From NCBI GenBank assembly GCA_002633005.1, contig NMRA01000153.1, positions 330,158-394,157 of the forward strand: a DNA stretch of 64,000 nucleotides, in the 5' to 3' direction. Source of the DNA: Phoronis australis (Eukaryota; Animalia; Phoronida). Of the stretch, positions 28,453-41,249 are shown piece after piece. Position numbers and translations under genes: made by a program. Each line of letters begins with the position of its first letter. Position 1 is the stretch's first letter. The notes beneath the pieces were generated by a model. It had not been told where the DNA came from, did not search any database, and saw only the letters and a program-made list of their open reading frames with translations.

Positions 28453-29050
28453 TGAGGGCTCAGAAGCAGGCGACAAGACTTATTCTAAGTGTGCCTTTTG
28501 ACACTCCATCAACTAAAATATTTAACAGACTGGGATGGTTGCCTGTTGACAAATATTTTATATATAGGCCTTTGTGTATGATGCATAAGTGTTTTCACAA
28601 TAATGTACCAGCTTATTTATCTCGTAACTTATTAAAATAATTATTGGAAACATCTACCAAGCCAGGACCAGATTTTCTTGCTCAATTTACCAAATAGTCT
28701 AAAGGGGGCTGATGCTTATGATGACCTCAGACACAAACTCATCGGTTACTTGTGGATGTGGTTGGTCATCATTAGCTGTCCATTCCTTCGTTTTCAGTCA
28801 TTTGTTCTCTCTAAAATTCATTGTATAAACCATATAAAAGTTTTAATTTATTTTTAATTCAATCTTTTAATTCAATTTGAAAAATATTCATTTAATTTAA
28901 TGTAACTTAATTTAATCTATCTTATTTAATTCAATTCCTTGCTGTGATGTTACCATGCTGCATATTAGCCTTTGACTAAAGCATGTTTTTTAAATCTATT
29001 GTATTTTATCCTCTATAAATAAAGTTTATTATGATGATGATTACTATTAT
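28453..29050 (+). mobile_element. 5'-truncated non-LTR retrotransposon (CR1/L2/Crack group) 3' end
   Basis: RAQKQATRLILSVPFDTPSTKIFNRLGWLPVDKYFIYRPLCMMHKCFHNNVPAYL matches the conserved post-RT C-terminus of CR1/L2-group ORF2 (Q..A.R.I......S..L...LGWL.......Y....M.K......P.YL); aataaa followed by a tta/tga trinucleotide tail at ~29019-29050. Confidence 0.8.
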
Positions 29051-30012
29051 AGCAATAACCAGTTTTAAAATGGCTACACTTTTTCTAACAGATGGCGAGC
29101 AACTCAAACAGGTCGCAACTGCTGGCAAACAGGTCACAAGGATACGCTAAAACAGGTTGTGTTAGTCTTAAAGTCCTAGTAGCAAGGTACCTGAATTACA
29201 CTGTTAACACCGTGTAGGATGCAAAAACGCGACAGAATACTATTTGGTGGCGAAATAATTTCAGAAAGAAGACATGCCATGGTGTCAAATGGTATAACAT
29301 AAGTATTAATGATTTAAAGTAAAAGGAATGATCCCCATTCAGATAGAAGCATTCATATAAGCTACTACCCAGCAAACCAAGCCTCCCCCCCAAGACGTGG
29401 AATTTTATATTTAGAGGTATATATTGTAAGTATTTCACGTTTTAAAATGTAAGTTCCCTAATAATTGAAAATCAAAGTCAATTTTACAAGTGATTATTTT
29501 CCCGGTGAAGTGTCACGCCAACTGCACGGGAATAGTCCTTTTGCGAGTTTACAACAACGCGAGATTATGTGAGACTTAACTGTGACGTCAAGGGAAGTGG
29601 GGCAAAAGCTTGTCATTTGGCCATTTGTCAAATAGGGTAGCAGAGTATATTCTGTTATTTTCATCGAGTTTTTAGCCGTTTAGTTCGATAAATGCCAAAC
29701 AAGCATTGCTGTTATGGCAAATGAAATTCAGATTCGCACTACAATGTTATATCGTGTTCTGTACTAATTTCGTCCCGTGTATTTTAAACGGGCGGTAGGC
29801 GAAATCCGCTCGCTGATTAAGTTTTCACCTCGTCACAAATATATTCTACACCAAAAATTATCACCTAGAAAGGCGCTTACTTTCTTCAGTGATTCTTTCT
29901 GTTTCTAAACATATCTTCGATGAAGCATAGCTACAGGAATCCAGGTGACTTTGGCAAAGAATTCTAACTCCACTTTGTGGTTACTGTTAACTTTGACAGC
30001 GCGCAAATAACC

Positions 30013-31489
30013 AACAAGAGCAACGCAGAGCGTTGAAATGCGCCCACAACTGCACCGTAGACGGTATCCTTCTAGGGTTGTTTATTGGTACCATAAAGTG
30101 GCCAGTAGATGGCATATATGTAGTATGTTATACTTTGCAAAATGGAAAGGCATGGTCATTGTCTCCTCAATAGGCTAGGGGCAAAATGTGAGTGATCTTC
30201 ATAATACACGCACATTCTATACATCAGTTGCTTAAAGCACCACAGAAACATAGAATTAAAAACAAATTTACCAACATACGAGATTAGCACAGCACTAGAA
30301 TGCCAGAAACAAATTTCTACTTGGAACTTTTCCTTCATAGTCACGTAGTAATACAAAGTATACACCTGAAGACCTATGAAAATACAGACGTCAATGTAAA
30401 ATACTAAAATTGCCACTAGAGGCATACCGGTAGTCAGAATCATCCTAAAGTCGTCATCGTCCGTTGTCAACATCACATAAATACACTTGCTAAATTTAGT
30501 AAAGATCCTGCAAACGGTTTGGGAGATACAGCCATAAGCGCAAAAAAACTGCCACTAGGAGGCGCCACAGTAATCAGTCAGGGGAAATTCAGCGTCAACC
30601 GTACTCTTCATAGTAAGAACATACATGCCAATTTTCACAATCATACTTGTAGCGGTTTGGTTGATAGAGGGATGGATGCCAAAACACAGACTCAAAAACA
30701 GTAAAAATGGCCACTGGGTGTCGCAAACTACGTTGAATCCATGCGAAAACGGGAGGATAGCTTCATCGCACTAATAGGTGCCTACATACCAAATTTCATG
30801 AAAATCCGTTAAGGACTTGTGAAGATACAGAGGTAAACGTAAAAATATAAAAATGCCACTAGGGGATACACTGGTAGGCGGATCCGTCCAAAAGTCGTCA
30901 TCGTCTGTTGTTAACATAATATAAATAAACATATTAAATTTCGTAAAGATCCTGCAAACGGTTTAGGAGATACAGCCATAGGCGCAAAACAAAACAAAAC
31001 TGCCACTAGGAGGCGCCACAGTAATCCAAATCGTCTGAAAATCATTGTCAGTTGCCCTCTTTATAGTAAGCACATACACGCCAATTTTTACAATCATCCT
31101 TTGAGTGGTTTGGTTGATAGAGGGGTGGACGCAAAAATACAGACTCGAAAACACTAAAAATGGCCACTAGGTGGCGCAAACTATGTCGAATCCATCCGAA
31201 AACGAAAGGGTAGCGTCATCTCACTAATAGGTGCCTACATACCGAATTTCATGAAAATCCGCTCAAAACTTTTGAAGATACAAAGGTAAGCATAAAAAAC
31301 TAAAATTGCCACTAGGGGGCACACCGGTAGTCTGATCCGTCCGAAAGTTCGCTCATGCCATCCCATTCATGAATGCAACATATGTACCAAATTTCATGAA
31401 CGTATGTCAAAGGGTATTGGAGATAAGGCAGCGGACGCCGGACGGATGCCGCCCGGACGGACGGAGATAAATATGTGGGCGCATAACAA
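30013..31489 (+). mobile_element. HINE-like family A copy (best preserved)
   Basis: 5' aacaagag, hairpin caacgc-aga-gcgttg, subterminal atgcgcccaca complementary to 3' tgtgggcgcat; 7 gccactag monomers; (gacg)n microsatellite before the 3' end. Confidence 0.8.
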
Positions 31490-33008
31490 TGACTAGAAGA
31501 GTATTTCGGTGACAGGATCAAGATCTATGAAATGCCCAGGTGGCCGGCGTACCACAGCCGTAACCCCGGTATCAGAGGAACCTCTGCTCAAACTTTTTAG
31601 GTCATAATAAAACCATGTTGGCTGACATCCCCTCCAACTTATTAGGTTGCTTTATGACCTTGGAATGTTGATCATTTGTTTTTTCTTATAATACATTATG
31701 AAAAGGACCTGTGCATTACATTAAAAATAAAAGTTCAGTCAGTGTAACTGTTAAAACATTCCTTAGGTCAAAAAAGCAAAGTTTAGTTTTGATCTCTGCC
31801 CATACTCATTTCGAGACCTATTCATTGACTAAATAAATCCTACCACAATCACTTCCAGCTAAAGGTGTTATTTTGAAAAGCTGCACCAAGGCACGTAAGT
31901 AAGGGTAAACAAAGTTTGAAATGCCATGATTTACGTAGCAAGCGATGAGTAAAAAACAAATCCTGCATCATTTTTGCTCATTTCTGTTTGATTTTCTTTT
32001 TGAATAAGTGAGCAAGTAAAAAATATCGCTCTATCAACACGATTTTCAAAAAAAGAGAACTGAATAAACTATGCTTTTTTTGGCCTTATGTAATAAGCAA
32101 TCATATTCACACCTAATGAAGCACATCGTCAGACAACAAGCTCATATCCTTTTTGAAGTTGTTTACCAAACACAGAGACTCCATCTGATTTTATTCACAC
32201 AAAACAAAATACAGGTGATAGTGAAGTTGAAGGTAAACAAATGAAAAACACTTTATATAAGCGTGGGCAAATGTATCAAAGCTTAGAGACATTTTTCTTC
32301 ATGCAGAAGTGCAGGTATTTACGCTAATGAAGAGTCTAGACAGTTTAGCCATTAAATATCGATTGCTCATCATCTATTTCACCACATCACAAGGCCATCA
32401 GACACGTTGGTTTAGTCCATAGATTTTCTATAATTACGCACCAACTTGCTTTGAGTAACTCAAGTTGTACCAAGATAAAAAATTTAACAAGAACCTGGTC
32501 GATACATCAAATGTACAAAAAATAGTCACCACGCACAGTCTTGATCTAACTGCCTATAGACAACCTTCATAGACTCACATCAACGAATTTCAGTCATGTT
32601 TTAGTCACCTGGATCATAGTGTTGGGGTGTTTAATTAGTCATGAAAAATGCAAATTTACCACGACTCTAAACATTAAACCACACAACAAAACATGTTTTA
32701 CTAGATATTTTGCACGGTTACAGTTCACCATTATGCATCAGTTAAGTGAGGTTCCAGTTACTTTATTCAGCACAAAATACAACAGGAATTATCTAATAAT
32801 TGCATTCAGAAATTTCATTGATCTTATTTAAAAATAAAAAAAAAAATTCGAAACATTCTCAGATGATCTTAGGAAGTGAAACCGTGATCATTTATCAAGA
32901 CATCTAAGAAATAGAGAAGAAGGAAATGGCAAAAAGGTGTATATGAACTTGTCATGCATCGACTGTATGAAAACGTCATCAAGTAGTTTCAAAATGGGGA
33001 TCATACTA

Positions 33009-34367
33009 CCGTAATCGTTCGGGTTAACGCCCTGGGCGGTTAAATTGGCGAACCCAAAAAATCGGGGGTGGGCGGTTAACCAGACACGGGCGCTTAAACG
33101 TGAAATTTCAAGAAATCGGGGGGGGGGGGCGGTTAACTGAACATGGGCGCTTATTACGACCGGCAACCGCCCTGGGCGGTTAATCTTACCTTATGATCTG
33201 AGTCACCACACGTACTAAGCCACATACTGGGATCGCCTAACACTTTGAAAAGAACTTTATCGCCACCAAGTGCGTACTCTGCGCACTCTAATTAACAAAT
33301 AGTTTCGAAAATGTAGAGTGTGGTCAAACTCCGAACGCTTGCATAGAAAGTTTGCTACATAATATGGCGCCTCAGGTGAGACCGATTATTGCGAATTATG
33401 CTCATTATTTCACTATACTTCGCAGACGTTGAACATGTTCACCTGCGTAGCAGACGGTAGCTGTGCTGTCGTTTTAACCCAGTTGTGGTCACGTGCTGAC
33501 CCATTTTTCCTGTTTGATCAGTGCACTCCCATAATAAACAACTTAACTGACGGTCACGTAGACAAGGACTACCAGCAGTTCCGAATTTCAGTTCAAAATT
33601 ATTTCGAGATAACAGAATGTACTCCTGGTCTGAATGGTCAAAAAGCATAAAAATGTATAATCAATCACGAAATCGGGTTCAACTATTCAGTTGCCATGCA
33701 CTGTGACGAGAGTACTCGAAAGACGGGGATCTCGATAACCCGGCAATTACACTCACCAAAATATAAAGAATTTATCAACTTTTCGCGGTTTATGGGAATT
33801 CTTCAAAATCCCGAGAGCTTACAACCTAAAGCGCATTGAGAGGGTTGGCAAAACCAATGTCACATTTCTCTGACCTGGTTATTTCGAATGCATCTTTTAT
33901 ATAGTGCACTGTAGTCGATAACTCAGTGCGGCAGAGATTGTGGCTGAAAGTGGAGGTGTAGACGCCAGCGCGGTTCCTAAAGTTTGCGAACATGAGAAGA
34001 AAAGAAAGTGACAAAGTGTTCAAGTATTACATTTTGAAGTTAATCGATGACCCGTTACAATAATTTGTTACTGGTATCATAATTCACATTGCTAAACCGC
34101 GGTCTCTGAGGCCGTCGTTGCACTCAATGTTATCATCGATCTTAATCTAAAAGGTCGGGGATTCGCGTTTCCTATTAGCACAGGGCGGTAATCACCAATC
34201 GGCGAAAGTAGGGGATGGGCGGTTAACCGAGCAGTGGGCGGTTAATTGGAAATCTTCAAAAATAGCAGGGGGGCGGTTAACCGAGCAGTGGGCGGTTAAA
34301 TCGAAATTCACCTAAAGTAGGGGGTGGGCGGTTAACTGAGCATGGGCGTTAACCCGAACGATTACGG
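33009..34367. mobile_element. Tc2/pogo-like non-autonomous DNA transposon with perfect TIRs
   Basis: Perfect 24-bp TIR ccgtaatcgttcgggttaacgccc / gggcgttaacccgaacgattacgg; TA on both sides (33007-8, 34368-9); repeated GGGCGGTTAA/GGGCGCTTA subterminal motifs. Confidence 0.9.
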
Positions 34368-35199
34368 TAGTTTGTGCAAGAATTTTGAGGGATGGGGTGA
34401 CTCTACCATAGTTGGCGTAGGTGGCTATGCGCTTAGTCTATAGTTACCATTCTAAATGATAACCAGTCACAGCAAACAAAATATACAAACAGAAATACTG
34501 TTTAAGACGAGACTTGAAATTCATATCTGCAATATGAGTGAAATCTCCGATGTAGACAAATCTTAACTGTAAATGATGTTAAATTCAGTTATGAGATGTC
34601 CACCCTTGTTGACACTTTAGAGTCTTACTTATGACGAATTCAAATTTAAAGCACAGATCCCAGCACAGTGTCTTAGAGCTATCATCCAGATCTTGTATGA
34701 AGACCATTATACAACTGTAGGGTACTATGTGATATGATAAACAGTTAATTCACGACAAATTCATGGATAGGCTTTCACCATTGACTTAAATATTTACCTC
34801 TACCATAGCTTCAGAAATTGGACAAACATTTTGTATTTCTATTATCACTTATGAACGTTTGGTAAACATTGGAACGTAGTTTATTTCATTTTGGTCAATG
34901 TCTATAGGTTACGTTTGTGGCTCTTTCTCAGTACTCAGGAAGAGTTGAAGCATGCACTGCAGGCTTGCTCACCATGTGCTTCTAACATTAAAAGATGTTT
35001 ACGACATACAAAACACAGCAATGTTACAAGCACAGCAAGCCAAGGTAGGGTCATGTGCACTAATGTAACAACTATTTTTCCCGTTGACAGCTTCGTGTTC
35101 GAATAAATAGAGACAAATGTTACCATATGAACCATTATTAAACATGAACATGGAAAACAACAATAAATTACTACGGGAAAGACTGCCTCAGAGACATGG

Positions 35200-35750
35200 T
35201 TTGGCAACGCGAATTATAACACCATGAGTAACAAATCATTGTCCCACATGAAGGATTTACTTCAAAATACAATATTTGAATGCTTTTTCACTTAATTTTC
35301 TTTCTATGTTCGCAAACTTAAAAACCCGGCTTCAAGACCTCCGATTTCAGCGACGCTGTTTGCTCGCACTCAGTTTCCGACTACAGTCCACTAAATAAAA
35401 CTTGTACTTGAATAAATCGGGCCAGAGACTATGCCAGTGGGTACGTCAACCCTTTCAATTCCATGAAATGCTCTCATATTTTGAAGAATTTCCCCAACTT
35501 ACAGACAGATGTCAATTCTCCTCAGTTTAGATGAAATTACATCGACTTTGAACTTATTCTTGGTTTTCTTGAAATGTAATGACTGGGTTATCGAGGGGAC
35601 AGTGTGCCTCACTTGATTTCAGAATTCTAAGGTTGGCATTAGGTTTTTAAAAGTAATAAAATGCAAGTCAAAGATTGTTTTTCGCTTATTGCATCTCAGT
35701 CAAACTGGCATTAGCAGGTTTCACCTAATGTCACCAGCAGTCTTCATGTT
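35200..35750. mobile_element. Older internal fragment of the same Tc2-like family
   Basis: Colinear similarity to 36115-36685, e.g. gcatctcagtcaaactggcattagcag vs gcatttcagtcaaactggcattagcag; no TIRs. Confidence 0.75.
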
Positions 35751-35842
35751 AACAAGTCAATGGGAGGGCTGTTGTTTTGAATTTGATATGGCAACAACCA
35801 AATAACAGACGTTCAAATGAACTGCTTTATGTTTGTAAGGTA

Positions 35843-37871
35843 CCGTAAACGTTCGGGTAAACGCCCATGCTCAGTTAACCGCCCACCGCCTACTTTAGGT
35901 GGATTTTCGATTTAACCGCTCGGTTAAGCGCCCCCCTGCGATTTTTGAAGATTTCCAGTTAAGCGCCCACCTCTCGGTTAAGCGCCCATCCCCGACTTTT
36001 AAAGAATGAAGATTTAGTGCCCAGTGCTAAGGAAACGTGCGATTTCCCGACTTTTAGAAAAAGATCGATGATCACAAAGAGCGCAACGACGCCGGGCTTC
36101 CGAGATGGTGGTTTAGCAATGTGAATTACAATTCAAGTAACGAGTTATTGTCTTGGGTCATGGACTCACTTCAAAATGTAATACTTGAACGTTTTTGTCA
36201 CTTTATTTTCTTCCCATGTTTGCAAAGTTTAAGAAGGCCGCCGGCGTCAAAACCTCCGCTTTCAGCGACTTTGTCTGCCGCGCTGAGTTTTCATCTGTAG
36301 TGCACAAGATAAAACATATATTCGAAAAAATCAGGCCAGAGAAATGTGACCATGGTTTTGCCAACCCTCCAAATTCTATCAAGGTGGGAAGCTCTCGTAT
36401 TTTGAACAAATCGCACAACTCACGGAAAGATGTCAAATTCTCAATATTTTGATGAATGTAACTGGCGGGTTATAGAGGATGTGTGGCGATCGAAGGGACA
36501 GTACAAGTGCCTTACTGGGTTACCGATTTCGTTGCTGCCTATCGATTTCTGAATTCAAAGGTTGACAATAATGTATGATTGTGTATGATCTTGAGGTATT
36601 AAAAAACTGCTACTCAAAATTTGTTTTTCGCGTATTGCATTTCAGTCAAACTGGCATTAGCAGATTTAACTAATGTCGCTGGCTGTTTACTATTTCTTGC
36701 GTCAGCCCCCACGTAAGCGTGACTGTGTGAATTATCGTTTCCACATCCCCTTTTTAGCCATCCAGAATAATTTTGTTTATACATTGGCCAGTTTCAGCCT
36801 GAACAAAAATTCTTACCATTCTAGTCTGAAATATCTACGACGTAGACTGACTGAAAATTGGCGACAGTGGGTAAGAGATGCACGCAGCTAGCTACGGGCA
36901 TGGGCTTAGGGAACATCGAGCCGGGAAATATCGGAATTGACTTGACATCGCAGTTTTGGGGAACATTNNNNNNNNNNNNNNNNNNNNNNNNNNNNNNNNN
37001 NNNNNNNNNNNNNNNNNNNNNNNNNNNNNNNNNNNNNNNNNNNNNNNNNNNNNNNNNNNNNNNNNNNNNNNNNNNNNNNNNNNNNNNNNNNNNNNNNNNN
37101 NNNNNNNNNNNNNNNNNNNNNNNNNNNNNNNNNNNNNNNNNNNNNNNNNNNNNNNNNNNNNNNNNNNNNNNNNNNNNNNNNNNNNNNNNNNNNNNNNNNN
37201 NNNNNNNNNNNNNNNNNNNNNNNNNNNNNNNNNNNNNNNNNNNNNNNNNNNNNNNNNNNNNNNNNNNNNNNNNNNNNNNNNNNNNNNNNNNNNNNNNNNN
37301 NNNNNNNNNNNNNNNNNNNNNNNNNNNNNNNNNNNNNNNNNNNNNNNNNNNNNNNNNNNNNNNNNNNNNNNNNNNNNNNNNNNNNNNNNNNNNNNNNNNN
37401 NNNNNNNNNNNNNNNNNNNNNNNNNNNNNNNNNNNNNNNNNNNNNNNNNNNNNNNNNNNNNNNNNNNNNNNNCGCAGGGCAAAGTAACAAGACCGCAGGA
37501 CGGCACGGGGCTATTACTCAGCAATTCTGTAAATTTAATAGAGTGAATAACTAATCTGAGGGCAAGAGAACCTTTGTTGGGATCATCCGCTGTTATGACA
37601 TTTTCCCCGTCATGTGGCGACGTGACGATAACGCTCTTTGAAAAGTGCTACGCGTTCCGAGTGCGTGTGTGGTGTGGGGACTTAGATCACGAGGTAAGAT
37701 TAACCGCCAAGGGCGGTTGCCTGTCGTAATAAGCGCCCATGTTCAGTTAACCGCCCACCCTGGATTTCTTGAAATTTCACGTTTAAGCGCCCGTGTCTGG
37801 TTAACCGCCCACCCCCGATTTTTTGGGTTTGCCAATTTAACTGCCCAGGGCATTAACCCGAATGTTTACGG
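35843..37871. mobile_element. Second Tc2/pogo-like copy, inverted relative to 33009-34367, interrupted by a gap
   Basis: ta|ccgtaaacgttcgggtaaacgccc ... gggcattaacccgaatgtttacgg|ta; both ends align to the reverse complement of the first copy. Confidence 0.88.
36968..37472. other. Assembly gap (N-run)
   Basis: Run of n. Confidence 1.
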
Positions 37872-38536
37872 TATTTGCGGAGTGTAAAAGCTAGAGTTGC
37901 ATATGTTGGAAATTGGTTATGAGCTGGCCAAAATCCTGGGTTGCATTTCCAAATTTCAGATCGCAAATGTGGCCTGCAGCTTGTTATGTCGAGTGCTGAC
38001 ACGGTGTATTACAACACGGACTTTCGCGTATTCGACAGGATGCGCTGTTAGAGCTCATTACTACTTTAGTCATATGGCAAACCATGGGTGCTGATTACTC
38101 CAATAGGTCGCGCTTTGTGTACGAATTATTTTTACCTACACAGATACGTGTATGCACTACTTTTCCCTCCAACACCAACCGCGCAAACTATTAAAGAAAG
38201 AAATACCGTTTTTCAAAGGTGGTGTCCAGACTATTACAGGGAACAGACTGTAAGAGAAATGACCACAGCCCACAGAACATGTCCTTGATGTGCCAGAGTT
38301 GGAGATCATAGAAACACACTCAGCTTTTAAAGCCACATATACCCTCACCGGTAAACACTTTTGTTTTAGTTCATGGTTTGGACTTGAACCTTTTGAGAGG
38401 TTTCTAATATCACGTCTAATTTAACACAGCATAGTTAACCGACTTTATCCCTCACTTTCTGTGCTTTTTCTAGACCTGTAGCCATTTCAGTTATGTCACA
38501 GAGTGACATATCTTTTTGGCGGGAAATTCGAAACTT

Positions 38537-38605
38537 GGCTTGCAAGGGATTTGAAGTTGGGTATCAGAATTTGCAAGCGCATGCATTACCGCTAAGCCAC
38601 GGCCC
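38537..38605 (-). pseudogene. tRNA-like (Ala-like) degenerate Pol III cassette
   Basis: Minus strand gggccg-TGGCTTAGCGG(A box)...cttgcaa...cTTCAAATCC (degenerate B box); stems are broken. Confidence 0.5.
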
Positions 38606-41181
38606 GCGCACTACAAGCCGAGTTGAAAAATACACATAAACGAAAAAATACATATTAACAAGTTGTGCACAAGGATACTCAATGTCTGAGAATATTACTC
38701 AACCTAAAAATTGACAATCAAACTTCAAAAACAGTATACATTGTAGCTGAATAAATAGTAAATCTGATCAAAAATAAACCACTGTCAAATATATAACTAT
38801 GCAAAAAATACATAAATTTTATTACATGGCGAAGTCGTTATCCTGCGTATTCTAGAGCCTGAGTGGATTTTGGACATCAGCCCCGAGGGCGATAATTCTC
38901 GAAAATCCACGAGGGCTCTAGATAAGGGGGATAACGACTGAGAAATGTAATGATCTATTTTTACCACATACTGAACGAGAAACATTGCAATGAATCGATC
39001 TACTTTTCTCGACTAGCGTCGGCTTTGTAACTACTTTCTATGTCAGAAACCCGGGGTCGGAGGTCATGACCTTTAAGAAAAGCTGAGCTATTTTTGTCAA
39101 ATAATGCTTTTACTCAAAACCAATGGAAAATTTAAACAAAATAGAAACAAAGTGAATCTATAAATTAAGGTTTAGCAACTACTATAGCTTACTACACATT
39201 TTATCACACTAAGCTTCGACTGGGAGAATATCGTCTGCTAAAGTAGGTTACCACTGGTAACTGAGTATAATGCTCAAGTCAAAGGATCCCGACGACACGA
39301 TACCCGCATTCAAATTGGAGATCGGTGATTTACAAGTGAGAGAATAAGAAAGAAAAATTTCTGATAACTGAATTAAAATATCGTTTTCATGGAAATTATG
39401 CATCTTATTTTTCATAGCGTATAAATGTTGGTACAATGCCCTTTATTGAACATGCAACTGTTGCGCGTGCTCATTTAAAGTCCTTCTCTCATGCGTTGTT
39501 AACCCTTATTACATGGTTAGAAGATGTTATAAGGATCCAAGACGTACCTACCCCATAACTAATACACGATTCGTACTCGAAAAAAGTTTAAATGAACGCG
39601 CCACTCACGATTCGCACCCGAAGAAACACCGCCATTTTGAACTTGCCGCGAACCCGGAAGTACAATTCATTCAGGAACCCAGGCCGAGAAAACGCCGTCA
39701 GTGCGACTGGAGCAGTGCCTGTACTTTTACCAGCCAGCAAATGGGGATAAAAAAATCGACAGCGCGCCTTAATTTTGATAAAATCAAACTACGGACAATT
39801 TTATGGAATTTGCTGAAGAAATATGGCGAATAAATTTCGACAGAAATTATTTTGCCAGACTCGGGACCGCAGCCTATCGGACCTGGTGCGGATCGAGACC
39901 ACACACTGGCGAACGGTAAATGCATGCGGTTGCAAGCTGTTTTGTCGAAGTAAAATGGTCAAATGATAAATGCTGCATATATTCAAGGGTAGCTTCAGAC
40001 ACTTGCATGAAATTACGGGCTGGTTAGTCCTGTGTCACACTGCCGCGGCAGACCCTAGTTAGCCTCAGTCACCAGCTACCAGTGAAGACTATAGTCAAAA
40101 TACAGCTTGTTAGTAGGCCTATACACCTTTGCACCAAGGCTACCCTTAGGCCTAACTGGTCGCTGGCCACAAACACGAAAATTGAACAGTTTTTTTTTGT
40201 GGCAACGTTTGTCAAAATGTATCAACGTTAAATCTTCACAAATTACAAAGTAGCCGATTGAAAATGCCTTCAGTTCAGCAAAAGTTGCCATTGTCGGTGC
40301 CGCCAGAAATGAGACAAAGTCCAACGGGAACTGTGAGCACATTTATCACTTAATGAGCAACAAGTGCGAGGCTGAAATTTGGTGTACACTGCTAAATCGT
40401 GCAGAATAGTAAGTAAAGATATGTCTAACTAAATTTCACCGTAATTTGTTGGCGAAAACAATTTACACAAAGTTTTAAACTCGTAACTCATCCCGCTGTC
40501 CTCCAATATGGCCGATGCGATCCAAACAAAGTGACCCAAATTTCGCCACAAAACTTGCAATAACTTTACAGTGCTTGCCCCCATTTTGATACTTTTTCGA
40601 TTTTTACTGAGTAGAATATACTACCTTTCCGATGATAGCAAAGTACTTTTTCAAAACGAGGAAAAAAATAAAACCGAAAAAAAAATTGGTTCGACCCATA
40701 TTGGTTCCTAGGTTCAATCGGCCTACGTAAGGAACTAACACCAATTTTATTTTAACATACTAACTACGCGTAACATTCCAAAAAAAAATCAACGACCACT
40801 AACTACAAACTATAAATACACTACATATGCAAACGAATCACGGTATATTACTAATAGAACAAAATAATGAAGACTTTTCGAGCAAGCCATAGCACATTCA
40901 GTTACAAGGAAAGAATGGCGGCGTTTAGGACAAGTTCCTGAACTGATGAGCCGGAAATGTGGGTACGGAAATAACCGATGACAGCCGGTAATTATACACT
41001 CAGAGAGAAGGATCAAATACTGTTAAAAAATTGCTTTTGGCAAGAAAGGCGAAAAGAATATAAAGAAAGGGTGTCGAAAATAAGAATTTATATAATAAGT
41101 ATTTTTCGGATACTGGAACCACATGGGCAGTTTGAGAGAAGGACTTTAAGTATTCTATTTTCACGTTCGATGACATCAGCC

Positions 41182-41249
41182 GCTGAGTGGTGCAGTGGTA
41201 AAGTCGACGACCGAAACTCTTGCGGCCCGGGTACGAAACCTGCCTCGGT
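41182..41249 (+). pseudogene. tRNA-like degenerate Pol III cassette
   Basis: gctgag-TGGTGCAGTGG(A box)...ggcccgGGTACGAAACC (B-box-like)...ctcggt; the ends can pair like an acceptor stem. Confidence 0.5.

Noticed and set aside
36198-36270. GGFDAGGLLKLCKHG as a KDZ-transposase motif
   Set aside because: Only superficial resemblance; the frame stops shortly after, and the element termini are Tc2/pogo-type.
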